Shown: positions 26,471-39,915 of the stretch, piece by piece
Position numbering within the stretch: position 1 is the first letter of the stretch
Layout of the letters: each line of letters opens with the position of its first letter
Assembly: GCF_009914755.1 (NCBI RefSeq)
Contig: NC_060939.1
DNA: 64,000 bases
Direction: 5' to 3' (one strand)
From: the human T2T-CHM13v2.0 reference genome, Homo sapiens
Translations under genes and position numbers: made by a program
The notes under the pieces: model-generated
The model's database searches: none
What the model was told of the DNA's origin: nothing
The model's input: the letters and a program-made list of their open reading frames with translations, nothing else

Positions 26471-29364
26471 CACCGCTTTTTACTGTATGTCTATCTTTTC
26501 CATTTTTTAAAGTTGGTTGGTTTTACATGAAAGCACAAATGAGTATGGGATAATTGACATAGAATAGATAAGATCTGAGTATGGGAAAAGCAGAATTGTG
26601 CACACACAGTTGGGGTCTCCAGAAATAACCTCTAGATCCTAAAGAATGAACTCAGCCTTCAAGTTCTTAAGGGTATTAACAGCCCCTCCTTTCGAATCTG
26701 TGATCTATGACTCTAGAATCCAAATTTACCAATTTGCATCCCCCAAGGATGCATCTCAACTTTTTTAATGAAGAGAGATTTCTTTGAATATCAGCCAGAG
26801 GTCTGCATGTAGGAAGAATATGTGCCCTACATAGCCTATGAAAGAGAATAAAAACCAGAACCTAAATCATTATCTCTTTCTTTCATTTACCTTCCTGTAA
26901 TGGACCATACTGGGCTAGAAGACATTTCTGGAAATTCTCCTAGCTGGCTGAAATACTTGAAGGGTTAACACCTAATGACCGATCCTTTTTCCGAAGGCCA
27001 AAAACCATTTTCAAAAGTAGAGGGCCATTTATCTGTTTTTCTTTAACAATTTTAAATATGTACTATATCCAAATCTTCACCCATGTTACAAAAGCACTGA
27101 AATCAAACAACCATGGTTCATTCCTGGCCTTTGATTTTTATATCCATGCATGTTAAAAAAAGAGAGAGAGAAGGAAACCCCAACATGTGTGCTGCCTTTT
27201 AATAAAGATCATATTAAAAATTCAATAAATAGCAATATCTCTGATCTCTTAACAAAAGCTTCTGGTGTACAGGAAATTAAATGAAAAAAAAACCTTGTTA
27301 ATCCTTTTTGATTTCTGTACATTGTAGCTAGAAGCATAATTCTTTAATTCACAGATTTCTCCTTTTTTTTTTCTTTTTAACATTAAAAAAATCTTTTCCT
27401 GCACAAACGTTGTCTGGGCAACACTATAAATGCAGCTTGATTCTCAGAAACATTTAAAAATAAAGGGGGGTGGGATGAGGTGCGAGCAATTGTGTCATCA
27501 TTTCATCCCAGTGGCCTTGGAAGGAGGAGTCCACCTCGAACCAGGTGATAACCTGATAGACTTTATCTTGTCTTCTCTCGGCCTCCCTGAAGCCTGCCAA
27601 CACTTCGGCTGGCTGTTAGGCATTTTAAATATCCCCCCTGAGCCCTAACCTCACCCCCTTTCTCTTCTTGTCAGCTGGAATGTCTCAGAGCTGTCAGAAG
27701 CTTGTTGCTTATTGATGTTTCCGTGTGTTTTATGTCTTTTCTGAGATATGACAGGCCCTGACACAGTGCTGATTTCAATCAGGCTGCTTCTGGAGAGGCC
27801 TACGATTTTTAGTTGCACTATCCACGTCTCGAGCATACTTCAGAGGCTCCTGTCTAATGAAAATGTTTCAGGAGGCCGAAATAAAGGCCCTGTGCTCAAC
27901 AAACAGCAGCTGAGGAATTCGCAAGGCTTGAAAAAACACGTGTGCATGCACACGCGTGCAAGCACACACACATACATACACACACACACACCCCAGAATC
28001 ACCGCACCGCCCCCCCCTTCCTGCTTTTGTTATAAGAAAAGCAAGAACAGAAAGTGACCTTGTGAGCCAAAGGTTCTGACACTGAATCAAATCCCTTTAG
28101 ACCTGAACTGACAGGCTGGGCCTGGCTTTAGATTACGTTATCACATCTTAGAGCGAGGCTTGTATGTACCTCAGGATTCCCTACATGTAAAGAGCTGGCG
28201 ATTTTACCCCTGCTGCCTATTAAGTCAAGTTCTGATGTCTTGTCGAGAATGAAAGCCTATCACACACAGAGGGCTGAAATAAAGGGGGAAGAAAACAACC
28301 AGAAATGGAAATAAAATGTGTAGCCGGCAGTGAACTCATTTCTGTTATTTACAAGGCTAGCCATCGGGAGATTAAAAACATTAGCAAATTAGTCTTCATA
28401 AATCCAGTGTGATTTTCTGAAATTTATACAGACATCTAATTTGATATGTCATGTTGGTCATATTCAAGCTGGGCAAATAAGGGGCTCTGGATACTAAAGG
28501 ACCTTTTATTTAGCCAGCTTTGGCACATCGATTTGAGGGTCACCATCATCAAATTCATTTCCAGAAATCTGGGCAAGAGTGTAGAACACTCAGTTTTGTG
28601 TACATGTTTAGTGAGTGCACACACTTGGTCTAGTCAAATGACCTCATTGTATCTATTTCACCAATTGGAAATAAGAATGCTAAAGTCCTTTATGCTTTCT
28701 AAGAAGGACTTCTTTTCATTATTGATCTTTTACATTTTACAAGTCAAGCAACTGATGCAAGCTTCTCAAAGGCAATAAAACTCCAATGATGAGGACCAGA
28801 TTTGAAACTTTCTCAGTAACTAGTGTTCTCCTTTTCTACATGACAATGCACTTCTCACTGGACTGCAGTTAATATTTGTGACATGATTAGGGATTTCTAG
28901 AGGGGAAAGACACAATATTAGGCTAAGAGAGTCTAGAATGAAAGTACTTCTTGAAGGACAAATATCTAAAGTGAAACAGGCATTAATCAAAAATCCTCAA
29001 AAAGATCTCCAAAACAACTTTGCCTGTTTTTTTTGTTTTTGTTTTTGTGGGAAAAGTGTGGAGTGGTGGTAAGAATAAGGACTTGAGAGGACAACATCTC
29101 AAAAGTCAGCCATTGGGCAATTCAAGGGACCCAGCCTGATTCCTTTATGCTCATGGTTAAAAAGTGAGGCTTCACATGAGAATCTAGATTCTTGGCTTAT
29201 CTGGAAAAATCAGCCAGTCTAGAAGTGATAACAGTCAGCTGTCACTGTGTGCCAGCAGCGCTGATTAGATGGGCCCAACGTTCCCTGAGGGGGTCACAGC
29301 CGACCCCCTCTTTTTGTCTCTTCTATACTTAAGGCTCTGGTCCTTGTAACATCTGATTTATAAA

Positions 29365-29560
29365 TTTGGAATCCAGACAGCCTTCGATTTGTATTTCAAC
29401 TCTGCCACCTACTAGTTGTGTTGCTTCGGACAATGTCCTTAACTGTTCTTAGTTCAAAAATGTGAAAAAGAAGTCCTGCCTCAAATATTATTTGTATAAT
29501 GCGTTGACATTACAAATACGAAGTGCTTGCTTCATTTAAAAAATCCCTCAATAAATGGTA
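29365..29560 (+). mobile_element. MIR SINE
   Basis: ttggaatccagacag...ctctgccacctactagttgtgt...ccctcaataaatggtag. Confidence 0.7.
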
Positions 29561-31229
29561 GTTCCATCTTCCATCCCTCCTTTGGAGAAGAAATGTGATC
29601 ATCCGGTGTTTGCTCTGTTTCTAAGTCAGGTTCTTGACTATGCTACCCAAGTTAGAGTTTTAGTATGTTTAGTAAAAGAAAAAAAAAATTCCTCTGCCTC
29701 TAAGCCACAACGAGTGAAAATTACCTCTAAAAAAAGTGTTCTTTCACCTCTATTCCATTTTTAAAATGTTATGATATTTTTAACAATATTAATATAATAA
29801 CAGTAGCATGTGTTTATTGGGTTACTCTGTATTTTATGACTTAGTATCGAATTTGTGGCTTGTTTCTCCCGGTACTGTCACTATTAATTTTTGTTCCCAT
29901 TTTTTTCATCAGCTGGAACATTGTCATAGAACTATTGCCTGCCCGTGATAAGCAGCCTCTGCTATTATTATTTCAGGTCTGCTTATCAACAGTCAACACA
30001 TCTCCCCAAATTATTTTTTTTTAAGAAAAACTATATTATCAAGTTAACCCCTTGGTCACCAAAGAGCCTTCTTCCTTCTGGCCACTTATAAGAATTCTGG
30101 CATGATGTGCTATGAAGTTAGAGGATTAGGAAAGCAGTCAGAAAGAGAACTGTCACTATGAAAATACCTCAGGGGGTAGAGCATGCCTTCACAGTATGAC
30201 TTTAAGATATAAATTTATATTGGTCCTGACTCATGTCCCAGTATGGGCGAGCTGGAGCCCGGGAGTCAGGGTGGCTACTGACCCTTGGAAGGGTTGGTTG
30301 AGAAGGAAATGCAGCCCCGGAACTCCCAGAGATCACGGGCCTGCCAGGCTCTCTGAAAATGACTGCCAATTTGGCCTAGTCTCAGCTGACTGCATGCCCA
30401 GGAGGGAGGGAATGGCAGTAATAAAGCAGTTTAGTGAAGAAAGATATTGCTTCAAGCTCCCAAAGCTTCCAGTCTATTTTATGACAACATTATTCACTCA
30501 TATATCCACACAGACATGCACACACACACACTCTCACACATGCACAGACACACAAAGGCTCACATAATAATCAGGATATATACCATCTTTTGTGCAGAGA
30601 ATGATTTATGCCAAAATCATTATCATTTAAAGCTATGTTTGAAATTACCCCAGGAGTAGTAAAATACTTTAGAGTTTTTCTTCTGTAGTTAAATAATCAG
30701 AAAATGCTGGTAGTATAAGACCAACAGGCTAGATATGGCCTGAGGACTGGGGTTCTGTTGGCAGCCCCACAACTGATATCCTGGCCAGTTTTCCATATGC
30801 TATCTTACTCTTTAATTGGGACTCATAAGATGCTCTTAGGATTAGAATTCTAAGAATTACTTGCAACATTTTAGAGAGTGATGCTACTGACATAGTACTA
30901 ATTTATATTTATATATACATTATGTTACAATATATAACATATATGCAACCATTACATCAATATAGCATCTTAAAATTAATTATACACTACTAAAATTTGC
31001 CACTTTCAAATATTTATGCTTTTCTATTTTTAAAAAAGATCACCATTCTGAAGATTCATAAGCAAGAAAGCAGGAAATGGTTAGAAAAAATGTTATTTCT
31101 AATGGTATCTTCCTATTTGAGGAGCAAATATAAAAGCCACATTTTAACATTACAGGGAGAAAGATGCTATGCTTTACAATGACTATGAAGAACTAAATTT
31201 TGCTTGCTACATTAAGATCAGCAACTGTT

Positions 31230-31370
31230 CCTACGATTTTCACAACCACCTCCAGAAGTGGAAGAATGATTGTTTCCACTTTACAGAAGAGAATACTGAG
31301 ATTAGAGAAGTTAAACAGCACGCCCAAAGCCATGCAGCTAACACAGTTTTAATACAGACTTTCCTAAGTT
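31230..31370 (-). mobile_element. MIR fragment
   Basis: ttcacaaccacc...ccactttacagaagagaatactgagattagagaagttaa. Confidence 0.7.
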
Positions 31371-33384
31371 CTGCCTCTGATTTTAGTAAGCTTTAGAAGT
31401 CCATGGTGTAAACAAACTTTCTAAATGTTGAAGCCCTTTATAGCAGGATTCTGTTATGTAATTGCCCTGAGATATTTGAACATTTTATATGCATTTCCAG
31501 TAGAAGTAAAATTTAAAAAAATAAAAATAATAACACCAGTTCATAATACATAGACAGTAATAATTCATTTTGTTGTAAATAAATGCATCCCTGCAGCAGT
31601 GTTCAGCCTGTAGTCCCTAAGACACGGGTGGGGAAACTAAAACTACTTCCAATTCATTTTATAAGGTGGAATTATTTCTGTTCACATTTGCCATAAATTG
31701 ATATTCAAATTTAAAGATTTTCTATAAAATATTTTAAAGGAGATAACCCACAGTCTTTCCTGTCTTGTGAAAGAAACAGCGTCTACAATTGACTAATTAC
31801 AGGGAGAATTGGGCATTCCATGAAGATTAAGGGCAAGCAGCTAATTACACCCACAAGTGGCTAACAGCAGCTACAATTAGCTGTTTATAGAAGCAATTAT
31901 TGGTGTAGCCAATTTTGTACCCCAAAATAATTACAGGTGCAAAATCTCACATGCCGTTAGAAATGCTCTCTTTCAAAACGCTGGCCCCATGTGCGTGTAG
32001 ATTTCTTCATTCATTCGCCTAGATAGAGAAATAACCAGAGCGCTCCCAAATTTGAGATGCCAAAATACTATCAACTTTTAAACTATCTTTCATGAATTTA
32101 TTTTATGCTTGAAAAACTGTAATTAATTTACCTCATATGCTCTGTTAATACTTGAAGCCTTAGCAAAATAACTGTAGAGAAAGCTTATAGGTATAAGTTT
32201 CCTTTCTTCTTTCTGAGGGTAATCCACTAATTAGTTGATAGCAAAATATATTTTAAAACATGTTTGGAGATAAGATCAAATCACATCGTGTGCTAAGATT
32301 GTCCGTGTCAAGTTCTGGGTTAATTCCTTGATCTTGAAGTTGGCATTTCATTCACATACTCATGAATATACATGTCTGGAATTCCTCTCTTTTCCAGGAT
32401 TTTAGTCTAGATGTGCAGAGTTAAAAGGAAAAATGCCATGGGTGATTCTTAACTTTCACAACTTCTTGAAATTCATTCCTTGCTCTGGGCAGCCTGGAGA
32501 TATGGATGTGATCAGAGTTTATTTTTTGGCTCAGAATTGAAGCAAATGGCACATCGTCTTAACATACCTTCCCAAAACAAACAGTTGTACACCTCCATTC
32601 CTAAACAGATAAGAAACTACAGTCAAACAATAAACCACCATGCTTAGATTTCAAGTTTCTATTTGGATTCTAAATAATATACATGTAAAGAAATAACTAT
32701 ACGTGTACTTTTATCTTTTCATGTAGGGAGTTTTTCACTTTAAAAAAAGTTCTAATCGTCATGTATTCCATTGTGGATCATATCAATCATTATTTCCTTG
32801 AAGTCACAGTACAGGCAGAAAACAATCTATTCTTAATCAATCAGGAAACATTAATTTAAAGCTATAATGTAATCTGATTTTAAAAAGCCAAACTTGAAAA
32901 GCAAGCATGAGACTCAATGAGACTGCAATCTATTCATGACTGTGTGTTTCCAGAAATTAATCAAATTCATGATTTCAGAAATGAATCAAATTCAGATTTC
33001 CTGGTTGAATCATAGAGAGAAATGATTGCTTGATGAGCAATTTGATCAGGGTTATTTACAAGTAGAGAAGGTGAAATTGAGGTAGGAAAACAGAATGCTT
33101 GGACTTCGGGGAGCCACAGTGCCATGGTCTTAGCCTTGGCACTGCAGAGATTTCCAGTTCTGACTGTGCTTCTAATTTGTCTCTGTGACCTTAGTCAAGG
33201 TACTTCCATCCAGGAGGAGCAAAGTCTCTTTCTGGAGGGACCAATAAACACCATAAAGTACACTTTGACTCACTTTTTCTGTTTATAAAATGTGATTTAT
33301 TATAGTTAATCCTACTTGGATCACAAGAAAAGACCAAATCAATTTATTCATTCATTCATTGAACAAATATTCACTTTGTAGAAA

Positions 33385-33595
33385 AATAATATCTAATGCT
33401 TAATAGCACTTGTCATGTGCTAGGCACTTGTCTAAACCCTTTAGAGATACTAATCTTTACAACCACCCTTGTGAGGAAGGCGCTATTATTAGTCCCATTT
33501 TACAGGTGTGAAGATTGAGTCACGGAGAACTGAAATCACTTGGCCAATGTCACACAGCCGGAAAGTGGAAGAGTCAAGGTCTGAACACAGACAAT
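33385..33595 (-). mobile_element. MIR SINE
   Basis: atgtgctaggcact...ctattattagtcccattttacaggtgtgaagattgagtcacggaga...gtcacacagc. Confidence 0.85.
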
Positions 33596-33897
33596 TTCAT
33601 ATCATATTTTATCCTATGTCCAGATTGCTCAGGTCTCATTCTAGACATATACAACCCAAACTGTTAGAGAAATTGCCTTAGAATATTTCTCTGTTGGAGA
33701 GAGGCCACAACGGTTCTGCACAATGGGGAGAAGTCTCATATTGGGAGAGCTGACTTTTTAAGTGTGACACTCATTTCATCACTTTATTTTTGTGATTTGT
33801 TTGTTGCCTTTCAGGGTAGCCTGTAATTTCCCATTAAGCTACTTCTGAGCATAAACTCCTGCATATCAGTGCTTGTTGCTTAGGTGCTTAATATTAA

Positions 33898-34414
33898 ACT
33901 GGGTATATACCCAAAGGACTATAAATCTTGCTGCTATAAAGACACATGCACACGTATGTTTATTGCGGCATTATTCACAATAGCAAAGACTTGGAACCAA
34001 CCCAAATGTCCAACAATGATAGACTGGATTAAGAAAATGTGTCACATATACACCATGGAATACTATGCAGCCATAAAAAATGATGAGTTCATGTCCTTTG
34101 TAGGGACATGGATGAAATTGGAAATCATCATTCTCAGTAAACTATCGCAAGAACAAAAAACCAAACACCGCATATTCTCACTCATAGGTAGGAATTGAAC
34201 AATGAGATCACATGGACACAGGAAGGGGAATATCACACTCTGGGGACTGTGGTGGGGTGGGGGGAGGGGGGAGGGATAGCATTGGGAGATATACCTAATG
34301 CTAGATGACGAGTTAGTGGGTGCAGCGCACCAGCATGGCACATGTATACATATGTAACTAACCTGCACAATGTGCACATGTACCCTAAAAGTATAACAAA
34401 AAATAAAAAATAAA
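33898..34414 (+). mobile_element. Young 5'-truncated L1 (L1PA2/PA3-like): ORF2 C-terminus, 3'UTR and A tail
   Basis: ORF 33884-34198 matches the L1 ORF2p C-terminus ([26 protein letters not shown]...SLIGRN); 3'UTR has the GAG diagnostic (gatgacGAGttagt), not the ACA/ACG of L1HS. Confidence 0.96.
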
Positions 34415-34416
34415 CA

Positions 34417-34419
<3 letters not shown>

Positions 34420-34450
<31 letters not shown>
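34420..34450. repeat. (TG)15 microsatellite next to the L1 tail
   Basis: Read directly. Confidence 0.95.
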
Positions 34451-34451
<1 letters not shown>

Positions 34452-35352
34452 TAGAAACTATTCTGAGATGAAAAGCATTCTATCCTGCTGCAGAGGCTGG
34501 AAAAAATGTATCCTCCAGCACAGCAAAATGACCCAGCTACAGTAGACATACATTCGAGATCTACACAGGAATGAGTTTATATAGAATACAGCCACCTCCT
34601 TTTTCACTAGAGTAGTAGACTGACTAAATATTTAGCTAATTGAAAATACTGTTTGCTTTTAGGAGGAGCTCTCTGCACCTGCATTGTAAAAAAAAACTGG
34701 TTTAGAACTGAAGAAAACGTTCACTGGATTTTTTTTCCATAGAGAAACCGTAAAGGCAAATATAGCATCTGCTTTACATGCTTGTTAAACCAGTCAGGAC
34801 ATTAACAGAGAGACAGATAGCTGGAAAGCCAGAGAATCTGACGGGATTTCCTTCTTAAGTCAAGCTTCCACCACGGGATTCTGGTGGCAACCACTGGATT
34901 TGGCATGAGTTCCTCACTGCCACTGTCGTGGAGCTCATCATGTAAGCTGGAGCAAGATTAGGTTATATGTGTCTGGCTTTGCCTCATTGGATGAAACTTG
35001 GATGGATGTATCAGAAACAGATCAGTTTTGAAATCTTTGAAGGTAAAGTTAAATGACTTTCAGAATCAGATTTGGGACTCTAGAAAACAATGGGCTGTAA
35101 AAATGAAAAGGATGAAACCATCAAAATAGAATCTAGTTACAGGAAATTTGGCACACATTCCACTGTCTTTAAAACTGACAGTGTGTGTGTGTGTGTGTGT
35201 GCATGTAAAGAGAAAAACACAACAAAGTGTGTCTTATACAATGATGTGCTAATCTTGTTGATGTGTTTGAGGTCACCTTTCCATCTAATTCCTTGTTAAT
35301 TAGCAACTGAATTTCTACCGATGCTCCTTTTAGCCTGATATTTTTATGTTGC

Positions 35353-35396
<44 letters not shown>

Positions 35397-35408
35397 GACA
35401 GACAGACA

Positions 35409-35445
<37 letters not shown>
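35353..35445. repeat. Compound microsatellite (TA)n(CA)n(GACA)n(CA)n
   Basis: Read directly; adjoins the 5' edge of an L1MA fragment. Confidence 0.95.
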
Positions 35446-35447
<2 letters not shown>

Positions 35448-35795
35448 GAATACTATTCAGTCATAAAAATGAAATCATGTCTTTTGCAGAAACAGGGATG
35501 GAACTGGAGGCCATCCACTTATCTTAAATGGAACAGCTCAGAAACAGAAAGACAAATACAACATATCCTCACTTAATGTACACGTGGACTTTGAGTATGG
35601 AATGACAGACACTGTGCGAAGTGGTAGGGGAGTGGATGATGAGAAATTTAATACTTATTGGGTACAATAGACATTATTTGGGTGATGACTACAATAAAAG
35701 CCCGAACTTCATCACTACACAGTGTATCCCAAAGAGTACAAAACTGCACTTGTACCCTTTAAATCTGTACAAACTTTAAAAAAGGAAAAGAAAAA
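35446..35795 (+). mobile_element. L1MA-type 3' end
   Basis: tggaatactattcagtcataaaaatgaaatcatgtcttttgcag...ggatggaactggaggccat...aaaactgcacttgtacc plus A-rich tail. Confidence 0.88.
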
Positions 35796-36714
35796 ACTCA
35801 GATGGATCCTCACATGAAGCTGGGAACACTTTTAAATTCTAGATTGCATAGCAATCACAAAAATTATACATCTGATCAAAGGAGAGACAAGAATGGCAAT
35901 GAACTTGTTTAAACTGTGGAGATCTTTAGACAGCCATCTGATTATTACCTATCTGCAAACTGGAATGCCAATTTGCATAAGAAAAACAGGGGAGGATCAT
36001 TAGAACTCCAAAAATATTGGTGACTTGAAAACTACATTTCATATTCATCAGTAACATAAAATTAATACCAACGTACCCCTTTTTGTAACAATATTTTGTA
36101 AATTTTGGGAAGAAATAGCTACCAATTTGATCTGAGTTATTTTAGGGACTTAAGATACTGAAGCGTTGCTCTCTTCCTGCCAAATATATTTTCCAAGAAA
36201 TATGACCTTGTGCTTGTTCCCCCGGCAGGGACCTCAGTTTATAGTTACTCCTTACTCCCCAGAACAGCTGACCTCTGAGCCCTCTCACACCACTTCTGTT
36301 TCAGCTGTGGCATCTCTGGAGCCAGGAGTCTATGTGGAGCTCCAAGACACTGTTTGGCAGCTCTTCCACCCACTGGGAAGCCCAGTCTTAGAGGTAAGAC
36401 GTGGTTTTGATCTTCAGGAGTTCTGTTCTTTATTAGTAACCACTGACCTTGTTTCCAAGGAGTCCAACAAAATCATGTGTGTTCACCTCACCTTTTATTC
36501 TATTTTCAAAGGCATCCGTGACCCAAAGAATATGAAGATCGCCTGTTTTAAGAGGCTTATTTACAAACGGTCACTTAGTGTACCTTTCAGAGTGAAAAAT
36601 GTTACAAAACGAATTCGAATGCAGACCTCAGGATTCTGATGATTTTGAGATAAACTGGACCATTACACAACAAAGTGTGTCTTATACAACGATGTGCTAA
36701 TCACTTACTGATCC

Positions 36715-37035
36715 CTGCCTTTGTTTACTCCTTCCTTCCTTCATTTAGTATTTACTGAGTATCCATTAAAGCTGGCACTGTGCTAGGGACTGAGGATATG
36801 GCAGTGAGCAGAACACACAAAGTCTCTCCTTTAATTACTCTTCTTATGGTTGGGAAGGGACAGCAATGATAAATGAGTGAACAAACAGACCAGGCATCGG
36901 CAGATAGAGGGGAAGGCCATGAAGGGAATGGCAGGCTGATGTGCTGCGAACACAGGGAGAGCGTGTTCTGGGAGATAATTTCTGAGCTGAGACCTGAACC
37001 CTGGAGAGGGAGGAACCATGAGAAGAATGCTATAG
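36715..37035 (-). mobile_element. L2 3' region
   Basis: tatttactgagtatcc...ggcactgtgctagggactgaggatatggcagtgagcagaacac...tgagctgagacctgaa. Confidence 0.8.
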
Positions 37036-38269
37036 TCCATGAACGTGGATCAACTCCTGTGGCAGCCTAGTGCAGCCGCTCCTGGAGGAAGCTCACCCTT
37101 GATGCAATGGGACTCTGCCTCCCTCCAGGGTCCCATGCTTGACTGGAGCCCCTTTTGGCCCAAGCAGCCTGGATGCATTGCCTCCACAGACCTCTGAGAA
37201 AACTAGACCCCACCTGCTGGAAGGTCAAGTTTGGGTTTTGGAGCGGCACAAAAGATTCAGCAATTTCTTTTACTTTTAGTTGTGTAAACATCTGGAGATT
37301 TTTCGGATCGTGTGTAACTTACTCTCTTTAGAATAGAACACTAAACGAAAGACTATGAGAACTTCCAAACAAAATTTGTGGTAATTTTTCCTTATGGGAG
37401 AACATAAAAAGAAGGACCCCCGGTTATAATTGAGGTTCCTTGGGGGGCGAATGTAGGCTTTGACTCGAATTTGAAAGAGTAGATTTATTTTCTTTGTAGC
37501 CTGAGTTCTCCAGGATGCATGCAAGTGTACTTGGGCAGTTTATTAGACAGCTTTTTTTCTTCTTTTCCCCCTCATCCCTTCTAAATCTTAACTAAGGCTC
37601 ACTGGGAAGAGAGGAGCTGTCAACTAGTGTTTGTTGAGCACCTTGCCTGGGTACCAAGGTAGTGCAAATATGTGTGGCTGATTTTGTTCCAGTTTTCGTT
37701 GTGGCTCTCTAACCCTTGATAAAACTACACTTCCAACCTGTTGCTTAGCAATTAATACAGACAACTAGCTGCAGACTCTAACAGAGAAAACGTATGAAGA
37801 GTACTTTCTAAATGACCTGCGCATGGGTTACAAAATAACTTATGCCATTGCTTCTTCCATTCTATGATAATGGCAGGTGGGTGGGGGCGGTGGCGGAGTC
37901 CTTGTTTAGCTAGAAGAAGGATATGACATTTGTTTAACTTAACTGAGACTCCACTTAGGGTTTTTTTTTTCCTCCATCTAAAGATACAAACTAAACCTGT
38001 GGATTCTTATATTTCAAAATAATCCCTAGAAAGTGAATCACTCAAATAAAAGTGCGATTGTTGGCTGTAGGTCAGAATGACCTCTTACTTACTGTTTTAC
38101 TATCTACTCTTTCTTAGTGAACCCTCACTTTGGCTCTTCAATATGGCACAGAATTTGATATGAAGTGCTTCAGATATCTAGCTATTAAGGTGTCTTCCAA
38201 AAGGGGACCGTCTCAAAGGTGGTCTTACTTGCAAGGCAACCCATCAGCATGAGTTTGAATGTATATAAT

Positions 38270-38750
<481 letters not shown>

Positions 38751-39749
38751 CTGCGTGAAGACTTTTTAAACATCAGAAAGCTTAAGCAGGGCTCATTCCT
38801 CTTATTCTCCAATTTCATGATTTAAAGTGGCAAATGTTATCAGTCACTGCAGACAAGGAATGAAAAATGGCCCACTATTTAATAAATTATTGCATTAAGC
38901 ACACCATGTATATATGACTTTCAGAAGAGCATGATAAAAAACATTGCATTCCAGACACAGTAAGTTGCTAATCTTAGTTGCCTCAAATGCTTTTCTTTCC
39001 ATAAATAAGCCAAGTCTTTCATTGTAGCAGGACTCTAGGGCCTTTAGTCCCATAGCCTTTCAGATATGCCACTGAGACATGATCATTTGCAGCAAGCATG
39101 CTAACAAGTTTCTAAGATTATAAACAGTTTACCTACAGGCATTACAGAGAACAGAGTATTTGACTGTCAGGTACACACAAATCCCTCAGAAACAGACACT
39201 GTGTTTTCCTGGATGCTCCATAGCAGCTGAACTTCTGGGTAGGTGTGTCTGCAGTTGTTTATCTCAGGTAGCAAATAGAGAACAGTATGTTTTTAATCAT
39301 TTATCTATGAAGACTTGGAATTCAATTCAAATCCCACTTAAATACTGCATCACTCTTTTTATTCAAAGGCCTGGTGAGTCTTCTTCGATTCTTTAGAGAA
39401 TGAATTTAGGTGTGTGGGGAGAGATAAATAACAGTATGTGAACTTCTCCGCTTGACCACTGAGCAGACACACTCTGGATAATTGGCTATGGCAGGGCATA
39501 TTTCCCCATTACAATCTTTTGTGAAAGTGTTCAGAGTTCCACTGAAGGCATGGAATCCAATTGTCATGGAAGTCTTTTCTTTGCCTCCCAATTAACAGAA
39601 GACAACTGAATGAGTTTTACACACATGGTTTCCTTGTAACTCTTAGATAAACTGCCAATCATCACTTATTATTATTGAAGTAGAGTCTCCAATTTAGAAG
39701 AGATTCCCCCTTAGTCTTTTCCCATCATATTCCATTTTCCTTCCCTTAG

Positions 39750-39915
39750 GGCAGTGTTCTTTAGGTTGGATCCTTGGTTCACCTTATCTGGTGCACTTTT
39801 AAACTGCAGATTCCTGAAGTGTATTGGCTCAGGGTCTCTGGAGTGTGGTCTGGGAAGCTGCATCCTTAAGCACCCCCAGGTGAATCTTATGCAGACTGAA
39901 GAGATAGAAGCATCA
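39750..39915. mobile_element. MER5-type MITE
   Basis: cagtgttct...aaactgcagattcct...ctctggagtgtggtctgggaagctgcatccttaagcacccccaggtgaatcttatgca. Confidence 0.7.

Larger units (their letters stand above)
35217..36702 (+). repeat. Dispersed 38-bp direct repeat (35217-35254 and 36665-36702)
   Basis: acacaacaaagtgtgtcttatacaa(t/c)gatgtgctaatc, 37/38 identical. Confidence 0.93.

Noticed and set aside
36166-36639. 157-aa ORF
   Set aside because: Non-ATG start, no recognisable homology, no exon context, and part of it resembles a DNA-transposon remnant
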